Below are positions 39,698-48,494 of a stretch of DNA of 64,000 nucleotides, piece by piece (position 1 is the first letter of the stretch; each line of letters begins with the position of its first letter). This DNA is from an uncultured Actinomycetes bacterium (GTDB lineage: Bacteria; Actinomycetota; Thermoleophilia; Gaiellales; Gaiellaceae). The notes beneath the pieces are model-generated. The model was not told the origin of the DNA and did no database searches. It saw only the letters and a list, made by a program, of their open reading frames with translations. The position numbers and the translations under genes are program-made. The stretch is from contig CAWALC010000001.1 in the NCBI GenBank assembly GCA_963782765.1, positions 323,451 through 387,450 on the forward strand. Reading direction: 5' to 3'.

Positions 39698-40063
39698 GTG
39701 CGCCGCGTGGAGCTGGACTTCGAGCTGAACACGGCGGGCGTCGGGAACGACGGCTTCGTCGTCTCGGTCCGGGGCGAGGCGGACATGCACACGGCGCCGG
39801 AGCTCGAGCAGGAGCTTCTCGAGGTTCTGGAGCTCGGAGGCAGCTCGGTGGTGGTCGATCTCGCCGAGGTCGGGTTCGTCGACTCGACCGTGCTGGGCCT
39901 CCTGCTCCGCTATCAGCCTCGCTTCCGGACACGCGGGGGCGATCTCGTGCTCGTCTCGGACGATCGCCGCATACTGCGCACGCTCGAGATCACCGGCCTC
40001 GACCGGATCTTTCACATCGAGCACCGGCTCGGCGAGGCGATCTCGGGCCTTCAAGCCGCCTAG
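39698..40063 (+). CDS. STAS-domain anti-sigma-factor antagonist
   Basis: 121-aa ORF: ...VSVRGEADMHTAPELEQELL...VVVDLAEVGFVDSTVLGLLL...TGLDRIF, the typical SpoIIAA/RsbV pattern. Confidence 0.8.
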   Translation: MRRVELDFELNTAGVGNDGFVVSVRGEADMHTAPELEQELLEVLELGGSSVVVDLAEVGFVDSTVLGLLLRYQPRFRTRGGDLVLVSDDRRILRTLEITGLDRIFHIEHRLGEAISGLQAA

Positions 40064-40140
40064 ACCGTCGTGACAAGGAAGCGCGTACGCGCGCCAGCGA
40101 GGGGGGCGAGGGACCCGTCCCTCTCGCGATTTCTGGCCGC

Positions 40141-41786
40141 TTAGCGGCCGACGACGCGGAAGCGGGGGCCGGCGACGCGGAGCCGAACCGGCTTCGACCA
40201 CGTCATCTCGGGCTTCTTCGGAAGCGACGGGTTGCAGACCGCGGACGCGGTAGTACCAGACGCCGCGCTTGACCGGCAGGATGGTCGCGGTGGCCGGGGT
40301 GATCGATCAGCCGACGGTCTGCCACGGGTTCGCGCTCGCGCTCCACTGGATCTCGTACTCGTGCGCGTTCCGGACCGGCTCCCAGGCGACGATCGGCGTG
40401 CCGTAGAACGGCTGTCGCGCTCGTGACGCGGAGAGCAGGCGGCCGTTCGGCGAGAGACCGGAGATGTACGGCGCCTTGTCGCCGAGCTTCGGTGCGTTCG
40501 ACCGCTTGCCGAAGCGGACCGCGCCCGACGAGCGGCAGGCGTCCTCGCCGACTTCGATCTCCCGGTACTCGAGCTTCTCGGGCTCCTCGCGGGTCGGCAT
40601 CGCCGCGACCGGGATGACTGCCAGTAGTAGCCGGCCCCCGGCCACGCCGTGTCCCAGAGGTCGATCTTCAGGACCGCGGCCTGGTCGGGGCCGGCCACGC
40701 CGCCCGCCTCATCCGCCGAGACGAACGACTGTCTCGTTCGGGGTCAGGACGGGTGCGCCGGCGCCGTACTTCGGCCAGTCGTTTGCCGCCAGGACAACTC
40801 GTCCGGAGCGTTCCGGGCAGCTCGATCGCCGCACCGACGCGCGGCGCCCAGGCCGGGCTGCCGACGACGCTGCTCGAGTAGACGCGGTTCACGCAGTCGA
40901 CGTCCGTGAAGACGGCGACGCGGAAGAGGTCATAGGGAGTTCCAGCCGAGTGTCGCCGTTCCAGATGAAGGCGGGGGTGAGCTCGTGGGCGGTCGAACTG
41001 GCGCCGAGGCCAGGCGTGACGACCGAGCCGGACACGGTTCCGAGGCTAGGAGCACGCCGGGCAGCGCGGGCGGGTTGAAGTTGACGAAGACGTCGCTCCA
41101 GGGTCCATAGCTGACGGCCGGGAAGCCCGTTCGCGGATCTCGCCGTAGAGGCGCCGGACGGCGCGGACGCGCCAGTCGACGCTGCCCATCACGGCGTCGA
41201 CGGTGGAAGGTGTAGGGCTCGCGCTGTCGGCGACGTTCGTGGTCGTCTTGAATGTCGCGCTCCTGCGTCTCGGCGCCGAGCCAGACCTCGTACATAGTCG
41301 CGCCCTCGATCGGCGTCCAGCGGATCAGGCCCGGGTACTCGGGCTCGTCCGGACGGGCTTCGGCTCGGCCAACGCATGTTGAAGCCGTACGGTCGGCTCC
41401 AGCGGCCCGAGCGGCCGCGCGAGTCGATGCCGCGGACGCGGGCGTAGAGCGAGTACGGGTTGCCTGTGATCCAGGGCAGCGAGACCGGGACGGACGTCGC
41501 CGGGGTCTTGCGCTCGAGCTCGACCAGATGCACGGCACCGTCGTCGCCGACCTCGCTCGTCGAGAGCTCGAACTCGTAGCTCTTGGCGCCGGCGACCGGC
41601 CGCCAGGCGAACGCCGGCGTCCGGGGGAAGGTGTGCTTGTAGAGGCTCGGCGTTCTCGTCGGCGCGCAGGACGAAGCCGCGCAGCTGCTTCGGCGCCGGG
41701 AGGAGCTTGCTCTTGGCCGCGTTCGCGGGGCTCGCGAAGGCGAGCAGGGCAAACGAGCAGACGAAAGCAAGGCGAACCGCAGGCAT
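40141..41786 (-). pseudogene. secreted FN3-like repeat protein gene with about ten frame changes and one in-frame TGA
   Basis: ATG 41786 with a signal peptide (MPAVRLAFVCSFALLAFASPANA). Sensible protein segments follow one another in alternating frames: AFAWRPVAGAKSYEFELS..YARVRGID; LIRWTPIEGATMYEVWLG; VDWRVRAVRRLYGEI; PAVSYGPWSDVFVNFNP; YDLFRVAVFTDVDCVNRVY; RVVLAANDWPKYGAGAPVL; AAVLKIDLWDTAWPGAGYYW; IVAWEPVRNAHEYEIQWS; an in-frame TGA at 40307-40309; GVWYYRVRGL; NPSLPKKPEMTWSKPVRLRV*. Confidence 0.8.
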
Positions 41787-41817
41787 GGCCAAGAGGGTTG
41801 TCGGCAGTGTTCGGTCG

Positions 41818-42968
41818 TCAGGCAGTCCCTCGAACGAGGGATGCCTCGAGCGCCTCGCCACGGCGAGGACGAGGGCGTCTGTTCCGGGGCGGCCGACGAG
41901 CTGGACGGAGGCGGGGAGGCCGTCCTCCGCGGGCCCGGCCGGAAGGGCGAGGGCCGGCCAGCCGAGCGCGTTGAAGGGCAGGGTGAAGCGGATCAGCTCC
42001 TCGCGGATCTCGAGCTCGTCGCCGGGAAGCGGCGGCGCGACGAACGGGAGGGTGGGGACGAGGAGGAGGTCGTAGCCGTCCAGCGCGGCCAGGGCTCGGT
42101 CGGCGTAGTCGGCCCGCGCGCGGCGGCTGTTCTCGATCTCCGCGTCGGCGAGGGCCAGGCAGCGCTCGATCTTCGTGCGGACGTTTTCGCCGTAGCTCTC
42201 GGCGCTCTCGGCGAACAGGTCGCGGTGGACGTCGGCGACTTCCGCCATGAACGCGGGGCCGAGGCCGGTCGGGAGCGGGAAGTCGACCGGTCTCGCGTCG
42301 AGAAGCGCGGCGGCGGCCCGGACTCGGTCGGCGACCAGCGGTCGGCAGTGCTCGGCCCAGGCGACACCGACTATCGCGTCTGCCTTCTCTCCGGGGGCGA
42401 ACTCCGGCGCGAGGGCCTCGAGCATCCGAACGCAATCTCCGACCGTTCGGGCCATCGGCCCTGCGTGGTCGAAGGTCGGTGCGAGCGGGAAGCAGCCGTC
42501 GAGCGGGACGAGCCCGTAGGTCGGCTTGAAGCCGACGATTCCGCAGCAGGCGGCGGGGATTCGGATCGAGCCGCCGGAATCGCTGCCGAGCGCGGCTTCG
42601 GCGAGCCCGGCTGCGAGCGCCGCTGCCGAGCCGCCGCTCGACCCGCCGGCGATCCGGCCTTGCGCGATCGGGTTCGGAACCGTCCCGAAGTGCGGGTTCT
42701 GCGAGGTGACGCCGTAGGCGAACTCGTGCAGGTTCGTCTTGCCGACATTCGCGTAGCCGACCCGCTCGAGCCGGACCACGGCCTCGGCGCTCCGGTCGGG
42801 GACATGGTCGGCGAAGAGGATCGACCCGTAGGTCGTCGTCAGCCCGGCGGTGTCGAAGAGATCCTTGACGGCGAGCCGAGGCCCGTCGCCAGAAGGGATC
42901 TCGTCAGGCCTGGCGAGGAAAATCCCGTCCACGGAAGGCCGCTGGTGTCGGACCCCGAGAACTGTCAA
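41818..42968 (-). pseudogene. amidase (amidase-signature family), stop codon lost through a 1-nt frame shift near the 3' end
   Basis: AS motif GGSSGGSAAALAAG...GSDSGGSIRIPAACCG. In the amidase frame there is no stop, and translation runs into the signal peptide of the next gene. One frame over, the ending ...EALEASLVRGTA* stops at 41818-41820. This fits one missing G near 41856. The start is TTG 42968 or GTG 42932. Confidence 0.8.
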
Positions 42969-43027
42969 GCCCGCTCTGTGTCAAGAGTGAGCCAAGTTGT
43001 TCGTCCCTGGATTCGGGTCTGGAGCCG

Positions 43028-43219
43028 CTAGGCCAGGGCCAGATAGACGAAGGCGACCGCCCAGGTGCCCGCGAAGAGCAGTGCGAAGAGGCCGAAGAGG
43101 GCCCAGCCGAGCGCCGTGTTCTTCCGCGCAAGGGCGCTGTGCGGATCCTCCGGCTCGACCGGATCGACGGGCTCCGGCACCGCCTGGGCGGGCGGCGGCT
43201 CCTCGACGGGCTCGGTCAC
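43028..43219 (-). CDS. small membrane protein translationally coupled to ctaB
   Basis: 63-aa ORF whose GTG start (43219-43217) overlaps the ctaB TGA (GTGA). Pro/Glu-rich N-terminus, then one hydrophobic helix (LGWALFGLFALLFAGTWAVAFVYLALA). Confidence 0.55.
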   Translation of the reverse strand: MTEPVEEPPPAQAVPEPVDPVEPEDPHSALARKNTALGWALFGLFALLFAGTWAVAFVYLALA

Positions 43220-44394
43220 AGCACCACCATCGGGTCGATCGCCATGGCCACGAAGAGCAGGGCTAGATACGCCAGTGAGTAGTGGAAGAGGCGCCCCGCC
43301 TGTGCCGGCGCGGTCACCTGCCGCAAGCGCAGGGCGAGCCGGATGAACTGGGCCCCGAGCACCACCGCGGCCACCAGGTAGAGCCAGCCGAAGGTTCCGG
43401 TCAGGAACGGGACGAGCGTCAGCCCGACGAGCAACACCGTGTAGAGCAGCACCTGGCGCGCGGTCTCGCGGTCGCCGCGCACGACGGGGAGCATCGGAAT
43501 CTTCGCCGCCTCGTAGTCACGCTTGATCAGCAGCGCGAGCGCCCAGAAGTGCGGCGGCGTCCAGAAGAACACGATCAGGAACAGGAAGAGCGCCGGCAGC
43601 GCCAGGTTGCCCGTCGCTGCCGCATAGCCGACCAGCGGCGGGACGGCCCCGGCCGCCCCGCCGATCACGATGTTCTGCGGCGTCGAGCGCTTCAGCCACC
43701 GCGTGTACACCAGGACGTAGAAGAGGTTCCCGACCAGCGCGAGACACGCCGTCAGCACGTTCACCGTCGACCCCAGGAGCACGAACGAGAGTGCCGAGAG
43801 CGCCAGCCCGAACTCGAGTGCGAGCTCCGGGCTCACGCGGCCGTCGGCCACCGGCCGCGAGCTCGTCCGCTTCATCGAGCGGTCGATGTCCCGGTCGAGC
43901 ACGTGGTTCAGCGCGCTTGCGCCGCCGCACGCCAGCGCAAGACCGACCAGCATCGCCGCGAAGAGACTTGGATCCGGGAACCCCTGCGCACCGACGAACA
44001 TCCCGGCCGCGCCGGTCAGGAGCAGAAGGGACATGATCCGCGGCTTCGTGAGCGCCACGTAGTCGCGCCATGCAACCGCGCCAGGCCGTGCGCCGCGATA
44101 GAGCAGTGCGGTCGCCACCACAGTCGCCGCCGCCGCCAGAGCGGCCAGCGCGACATGCAGCGCGGGCCACCACCAGCTCGCCACGGCCGCCAGGAAGAGA
44201 AGCAGCGCGGCGAGGGCCGGGCCGAACACCCGCCGGTGGGCGAACCACGAGCCGAGCACCATCGCCACGAGCAAGGGCAGCGCTACCAGGACGAGGGCCC
44301 GGTGTGCGATGCCGAGCCCGCCGCTCGCCACGACGGACGCGACCGCCGCGGTCGCCCCGAGCCCGCACAGCCGAAGCCAGGGCCCCGCCCTCAA
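43216..44394 (-). CDS. ctaB: protoheme IX farnesyltransferase (heme O synthase) with N-terminal membrane extension
   Basis: UbiA motif NHVLDRDIDRSMKRT, plus PPHFWALAL. TTG 44394 overlaps the ctaD TGA (TTGA), which is preferred over the track start at 44499. There are about 100 extra N-terminal residues with about 3 helices. Confidence 0.88.
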   Translation of the reverse strand: MRAGPWLRLCGLGATAAVASVVASGGLGIAHRALVLVALPLLVAMVLGSWFAHRRVFGPALAALLLFLAAVASWWWPALHVALAALAAAATVVATALLYRGARPGAVAWRDYVALTKPRIMSLLLLTGAAGMFVGAQGFPDPSLFAAMLVGLALACGGASALNHVLDRDIDRSMKRTSSRPVADGRVSPELALEFGLALSALSFVLLGSTVNVLTACLALVGNLFYVLVYTRWLKRSTPQNIVIGGAAGAVPPLVGYAAATGNLALPALFLFLIVFFWTPPHFWALALLIKRDYEAAKIPMLPVVRGDRETARQVLLYTVLLVGLTLVPFLTGTFGWLYLVAAVVLGAQFIRLALRLRQVTAPAQAGRLFHYSLAYLALLFVAMAIDPMVVL

Positions 44395-46025
44395 CGCCGC
44401 TCTCCGATCCGGCGGCGCAGGTCGCGCAGGGGCCGCGCGCTCGTCACGTAGGGAACCTTGTCGAAGTTGTGCGGCGGCGGCGGCGAGGTCGTGTACCACT
44501 CGAGCGTGTCCGCCAGCCAGGGGTCGTTCGGCGCCCGCGGCTCGCGCCCCTTGCGCGACCAGAAGACGTTGAACACGAAGATCAGGATCCCGAGCCCCAT
44601 GATGTACGACCCCATTGTCGAGACAAGGTTGTACTCCGCCAGGAGATCGGTGTCACGGTAGTTGTAGACGCGCCTCGGCATCCCGAGCATCCCCATCATG
44701 TGCTGCGGGAAGAACGTCAGGTTGAAGCCGATGAAGACGAGCCAGAAGTGCCACTTGCCGAGCTTCTCGTTCAGCATCCGGCCGAACATCTTCGGCCACC
44801 AGTAGTAGAGCGCCGCGAACACGCCGAACATCGACCCGCCGAAGAGCACGTAGTGGAGGTGGGCGACGACGAAGTACGAGTCGTGCACCTGCCAGTCGAA
44901 CGGGAAGACGGCGACGTAGATGCCCGACAGCCCTCCGATCGTGAAGACGGCGACGAACCCGAGGGCCCACAGCATCGCCGTGTCGAAGATCAGGTTCCCG
45001 CGCCAGGTCGTCGCGATCCAGTTGAAGATCTTCACCCCGGTCGGCACGGCGATCGTCAGCGACGCGATCATGAACCAGACCTGGAGCCCGATCGGCAGCC
45101 CCACCGTGAACATGTGGTGGCCCCAGACGAGCAGCGAGTAGAAGCCGATCGCCACCGTCGAGAACGCGATCGCCTTGTAGCCGAAGATCGGCTTGCGCGC
45201 GAACACCGGGATCACCTCGGAGACGATCCCCATCGCGGGCAGGATCATGATGTAGACCTCGGGGTGGCCGAAGAACCAGAAGACGTGCTGGTAGAGCACG
45301 GCGTCGCCGCCCGAGTCGGGCGTGAAGAAGTTCGTCAGGTCGGCTCGGTCGAGCAGCAACATCGTCAGGCCCGCCGAGAGCGCAGGCAACGCGACGATCA
45401 GCAACGCCGCGTAGATCTCCATCGCCCAGACGAACAGCGGCAGGCGCATCCAGCTCATCCCCGCCGTCCGCATGTTGTGGATCGTCGCGACGAAGTTGAT
45501 CGCACCGGCCAGCGAGGAGAGCGTGAGGATGTGCAACCCCACGATCCAGAGGTCCTGGCCATTGCCCGCGACCTCGGCCGAGAACGGCGGGTAGCCCGTC
45601 CAGCCGGATCGCGCCGCCCCTTCGGCGGCGAAGAAGCTCCCGAGCAGGACGATTCCGCCGAACAGGAAGAGCCAGTAGGAGAGCGCGTTCAGGCGCGGGA
45701 ACGCCATGTCGGCGGCGCCGATCATCAGCGGGATGAGGTAGTTCCCGAAGCCGGCGAAGATCGGGACGACGACGAGGAAGATCATCGTCGTGCCGTGCAT
45801 CGTGAAGAGCTGGTTGTACTCGTCCCGCACGACGAAATCCATGTCCGGCGTCGCGAGCTGCGTCCGGATCAGCAGCGCCATCACGCCGCCGGCCAGGAAG
45901 AACACGAGACTGGTCGCGATGTAGAGGATCCCGATGCGCTTGTGGTCGACTGTCGCGACCCAGCTGGCGAACCGACCGTACTTCCACGGAACCGGGTAGG
46001 TGGGAGTCTCGGCGCGAGTGGCCAC
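44391..46025 (-). CDS. ctaD: cytochrome c oxidase subunit I
   Basis: GTG (46025-46023) overlaps the ctaC TAG by 1 nt. Motifs WFFGHPEVYIMILPAMG and WGHHMFTVG; about 12 helices. Confidence 0.95.
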   Translation of the reverse strand: MATRAETPTYPVPWKYGRFASWVATVDHKRIGILYIATSLVFFLAGGVMALLIRTQLATPDMDFVVRDEYNQLFTMHGTTMIFLVVVPIFAGFGNYLIPLMIGAADMAFPRLNALSYWLFLFGGIVLLGSFFAAEGAARSGWTGYPPFSAEVAGNGQDLWIVGLHILTLSSLAGAINFVATIHNMRTAGMSWMRLPLFVWAMEIYAALLIVALPALSAGLTMLLLDRADLTNFFTPDSGGDAVLYQHVFWFFGHPEVYIMILPAMGIVSEVIPVFARKPIFGYKAIAFSTVAIGFYSLLVWGHHMFTVGLPIGLQVWFMIASLTIAVPTGVKIFNWIATTWRGNLIFDTAMLWALGFVAVFTIGGLSGIYVAVFPFDWQVHDSYFVVAHLHYVLFGGSMFGVFAALYYWWPKMFGRMLNEKLGKWHFWLVFIGFNLTFFPQHMMGMLGMPRRVYNYRDTDLLAEYNLVSTMGSYIMGLGILIFVFNVFWSRKGREPRAPNDPWLADTLEWYTTSPPPPHNFDKVPYVTSARPLRDLRRRIGERR

Positions 46026-46969
46026 TAGCGCTCGCCCTCCACGCCCTCGAACCGCTCCTGCAGGTAGTCGGTCAGCGCCTTCATGTGGGCGTCGTCCCAC
46101 TCCTCGCCGACCGACGGCATCCTCCCGCGCCCGTTGCGAACGACCTCGGCGACCGTCTCGGGGTCGGCAACGCTCGCTTCCGTGAAGGCGGGCCCGATCA
46201 GCCCCTCACCCTCCGGACCGTGGCACTTCGAGCAGGCGCCGACGAAGGTCTGCTCGCCCAGATCGGAGGTGCCGGCCTCCTGAGCCTGCGCCTGCTCGTC
46301 GAGCCACGCGTCGAACTCCGCAGCCGGCTTCACCTCGACCTCGGCCAGCATCGCCGCATGCTGGATCCCGCAGAACTCGGCGCACTGGCCCTCGAAGATC
46401 CCCGCCTCTTCGGCCTGGAACGCCGTCTCGGTCGTCCGGCCTGGGATGGCGTCGAACTTGCCGCCGATCGCGGGCACCCAGTAGCTGTGGTTGACGTCGC
46501 TCTCGGGCGCCGTGATCTCGAGCACGACGAGCCGGTCCTGCGGCGCGACGAGCCGGTCGATCGCGATCACACCGTTCGGATAGCGGTACTGCCAGTAGAA
46601 CTGCCTGCCTTCGACGCGGATCCGCAGGTCGCTCGCTCGCGCCTCGTCCTCGAGCGTGATCCCCGGGAGCTTGTAGAAGGTGAACGCGACGACGAAGAGG
46701 AGGATCACGACCGGCACGAGCGTCCACGCGATCTCAAGCCTGGTCGAGCCGTGGATCTGCGGTCCTTCGACGGTGCGATCGCGGCCCCGGCTCCGGTAGC
46801 GGAAGACGAAGATCGCCAGCGGCACGGCAACGGCCAGCAGCACGAGGGCGGCCCAGAAGGAGACGAACCAGTAGAGGTCGTTGACTCGGTCGGCGTTCGG
46901 CGACTCCGCCTCGACGGGGGTCAGGCCGGTAGCGGCGAACAGGGCGTCAGCGACCACGGGCTGCGCCAT
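46025..46969 (-). CDS. ctaC: cytochrome c oxidase subunit II fused to a cytochrome c domain (caa3 type)
   Basis: Internal ATG (46969-46967) of ORF 46025..47017. CuA site CAEFCGIQHAAM and C-terminal heme-binding CSKCH. Confidence 0.93.
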   Translation of the reverse strand: MAQPVVADALFAATGLTPVEAESPNADRVNDLYWFVSFWAALVLLAVAVPLAIFVFRYRSRGRDRTVEGPQIHGSTRLEIAWTLVPVVILLFVVAFTFYKLPGITLEDEARASDLRIRVEGRQFYWQYRYPNGVIAIDRLVAPQDRLVVLEITAPESDVNHSYWVPAIGGKFDAIPGRTTETAFQAEEAGIFEGQCAEFCGIQHAAMLAEVEVKPAAEFDAWLDEQAQAQEAGTSDLGEQTFVGACSKCHGPEGEGLIGPAFTEASVADPETVAEVVRNGRGRMPSVGEEWDDAHMKALTDYLQERFEGVEGER

Positions 46970-47008
46970 TCTATGGGCGTGCCCGAAAACGAAGCCACAT
47001 CGAGCGGC

Positions 47009-47299
47009 ATGTCTCAAGCGCCGTCACGGGTCGAGTTGCCGGACGATGTCTCGGAGGAGTTCGAGGTGTTCGTCAACGGTGTCCAGCAGGTGGCCGGGAA
47101 GGACTACCGCGTGCAGGGCAGGACGCTTGTCTTCAACCGATCGCTTGCCCAGGAGGGGCGTCTGGGCGCCCTGCGCTGGACGAGCATGTTCTTCGGCGTC
47201 GCCGGCACCTACCGGAAGCACGAGACCGTCGACGTCGTCTACGAGCGGGACGGCCGGCGCGTCGTCGCGACGGGGCTGCGGCCGGAAGAGACCAAGTAA
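47009..47299 (+). CDS. small hypothetical protein (96 aa)
   Basis: ATG 47009 in the frame of ORF 46085..47299: MSQAPSRVELPDDVSEEFEVFVNGVQQVAGKDYRVQGRTLVFNR... Its TAA stop lies inside the left arm of the 47292-47370 palindrome. Confidence 0.5.
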   Translation: MSQAPSRVELPDDVSEEFEVFVNGVQQVAGKDYRVQGRTLVFNRSLAQEGRLGALRWTSMFFGVAGTYRKHETVDVVYERDGRRVVATGLRPEETK

Positions 47300-47370
47300 C
47301 AGAGTGTTACTAGGGTCTCGAGGCCGCTCGCCGAGCCGCCTCCGAGCCCTTGTAACAGAGTGTTACTTGG
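47292..47370. repeat. 79-nt imperfect palindrome with two nested GTAACA-GAG-TGTTAC sub-palindromes
   Basis: CCAAGTAACAGAGTGTTAC (47292-47310) pairs with GTAACAGAGTGTTACTTGG (47352-47370). The centre GCTCGCCGAGC (47326-47336) is itself palindromic. It sits between convergent genes and contains both of their TAA stops (47297-47299 and 47363-47365). Confidence 0.85.
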
Positions 47371-48304
47371 AAGAGAGCGCCAGGACTTCGTTGGCGCCGC
47401 TCACCGTCAGCCCGGGCTGCGGGCCGCCCGCGAGCGCGTACGCCCGGCCGCGCCAGCCGACCAGGCCGAGGCCGTGGCGCGACGTCCGCATGCTCGGCAG
47501 CTGCGTCCAGCGCCGAGTGCGCGGCGAGTAGGCGTACACGGTTCGGATCGTTCCTCCCGGCTCCTCGCCGCCCACGGAGAGCAGTCGTCCCGCAACCGCC
47601 GCGGCGGCCGTGCCGCCGCGCTTCCCCGGAACCCGCGGGATCGCCCGCCAGCGACCGCTGCGCGGGTCGAACGCCTCGACGACGTCGAGGTTCGAGTCGA
47701 GCCCGCCCGTCCGTCCCGCGACGGCGTAGACGAGGCCGCCGAGCGCCGCCGCGCCGAGGTGCTCGCGAGGCCTCGGCCCGCGGATCGTCGTCCAGCGCGC
47801 CGTCTCGAAGTCGAAGGCAAAGGCGTTCCGCGCCAGCCGGCCCGGCGCCTCGACCCCACCGACGACGTAGAGCTTCCCGCCGACGATGGCTGCGCCTCCC
47901 GCCGCGCGCGGCGCGGGCATCGAGGGCAGCGGAGTCCAGTGGCCGTGATGGAACGCGAATGCCGTGTTGCGCGCCACGGATCCGGGCCCGTACCCGCCGA
48001 CCACGTACAGACGGCCGGCGACGCCCGCCGCCATTGCGTGGTCCACGGTCACCGGAAGGTCCGGCAGCCGGCGCCACCGGTTTTGCGCGGGGGAGTAGGC
48101 GTCGGCCCGCCCGGAGTTCGCGCCGCTGCGCACGAAGCCGCCGACGACGGCGATCTCCTTGCCGAGCGGCGCCGCCACGATCTCCGTGCGGGGAAGCGGA
48201 ACAGGTCGTGCGGGCCGCCAAGCCGGCTGTGCCGCAGACCCCACACCCCCCGCGACCAAAACGGTGGCGACTGCGGCGATCTTCACCAGCCTCACGGCCC
48301 GCAC
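47363..48304 (-). CDS. secreted Kelch-repeat protein
   Basis: GTG (48304-48302) followed by a signal-like VRAVRLVKIAAVATVLVAGGVGSA. Repeated ...GRLYVVGG / GKLYVVGG / GLVYAVAG / GRLLSVGG... blades. Confidence 0.8.
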   Translation of the reverse strand: MRAVRLVKIAAVATVLVAGGVGSAAQPAWRPARPVPLPRTEIVAAPLGKEIAVVGGFVRSGANSGRADAYSPAQNRWRRLPDLPVTVDHAMAAGVAGRLYVVGGYGPGSVARNTAFAFHHGHWTPLPSMPAPRAAGGAAIVGGKLYVVGGVEAPGRLARNAFAFDFETARWTTIRGPRPREHLGAAALGGLVYAVAGRTGGLDSNLDVVEAFDPRSGRWRAIPRVPGKRGGTAAAAVAGRLLSVGGEEPGGTIRTVYAYSPRTRRWTQLPSMRTSRHGLGLVGWRGRAYALAGGPQPGLTVSGANEVLALSSK

Positions 48305-48458
48305 TGTAGTTGGAGCCGCACCCCCAACCACCGACCGGGCCGGGTCGTCCGGGCCGCGGGCGCCACGCCGCACCTGGCGTCCCGGACCCGGACGACCAAT
48401 CCCGGTCAAATAGGTGGATGCCGCGGTCGCGACGACCTTGCGGTCTTGTGACAACTTT

Positions 48459-48487
48459 GTGACGACGCCCGAAAGCGGGCGTGTCAC
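48459..48487 (-). terminator. hairpin 8 nt downstream of the heme-oxygenase-like gene
   Basis: GTGAC-G-ACGCCCG AAAG CGGGCGT GTCAC: 12 bp with one bulge and a 4-nt loop. There is no clear U-tract. Confidence 0.4.
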
Positions 48488-48494
48488 CCGCTTC

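Noticed and set aside
43900-44394. The ctaB N-terminal extension as a fused CtaA (heme A synthase).
   Set aside because: It has only about 100 residues and about 3 helices, far short of a CtaA/COX15 domain, and I see no paired conserved His motifs.
48441-48487. TTGTGAC ... TTTGTGAC ... GTGTCAC as a CRP/FNR or Rex-type operator.
   Set aside because: The spacing and orientation do not fit TGTGA-N6-TCACA or TTGTGAA-N4-TTCACAA. The inverted part is better explained as the terminator-like hairpin after the heme-oxygenase-like gene.
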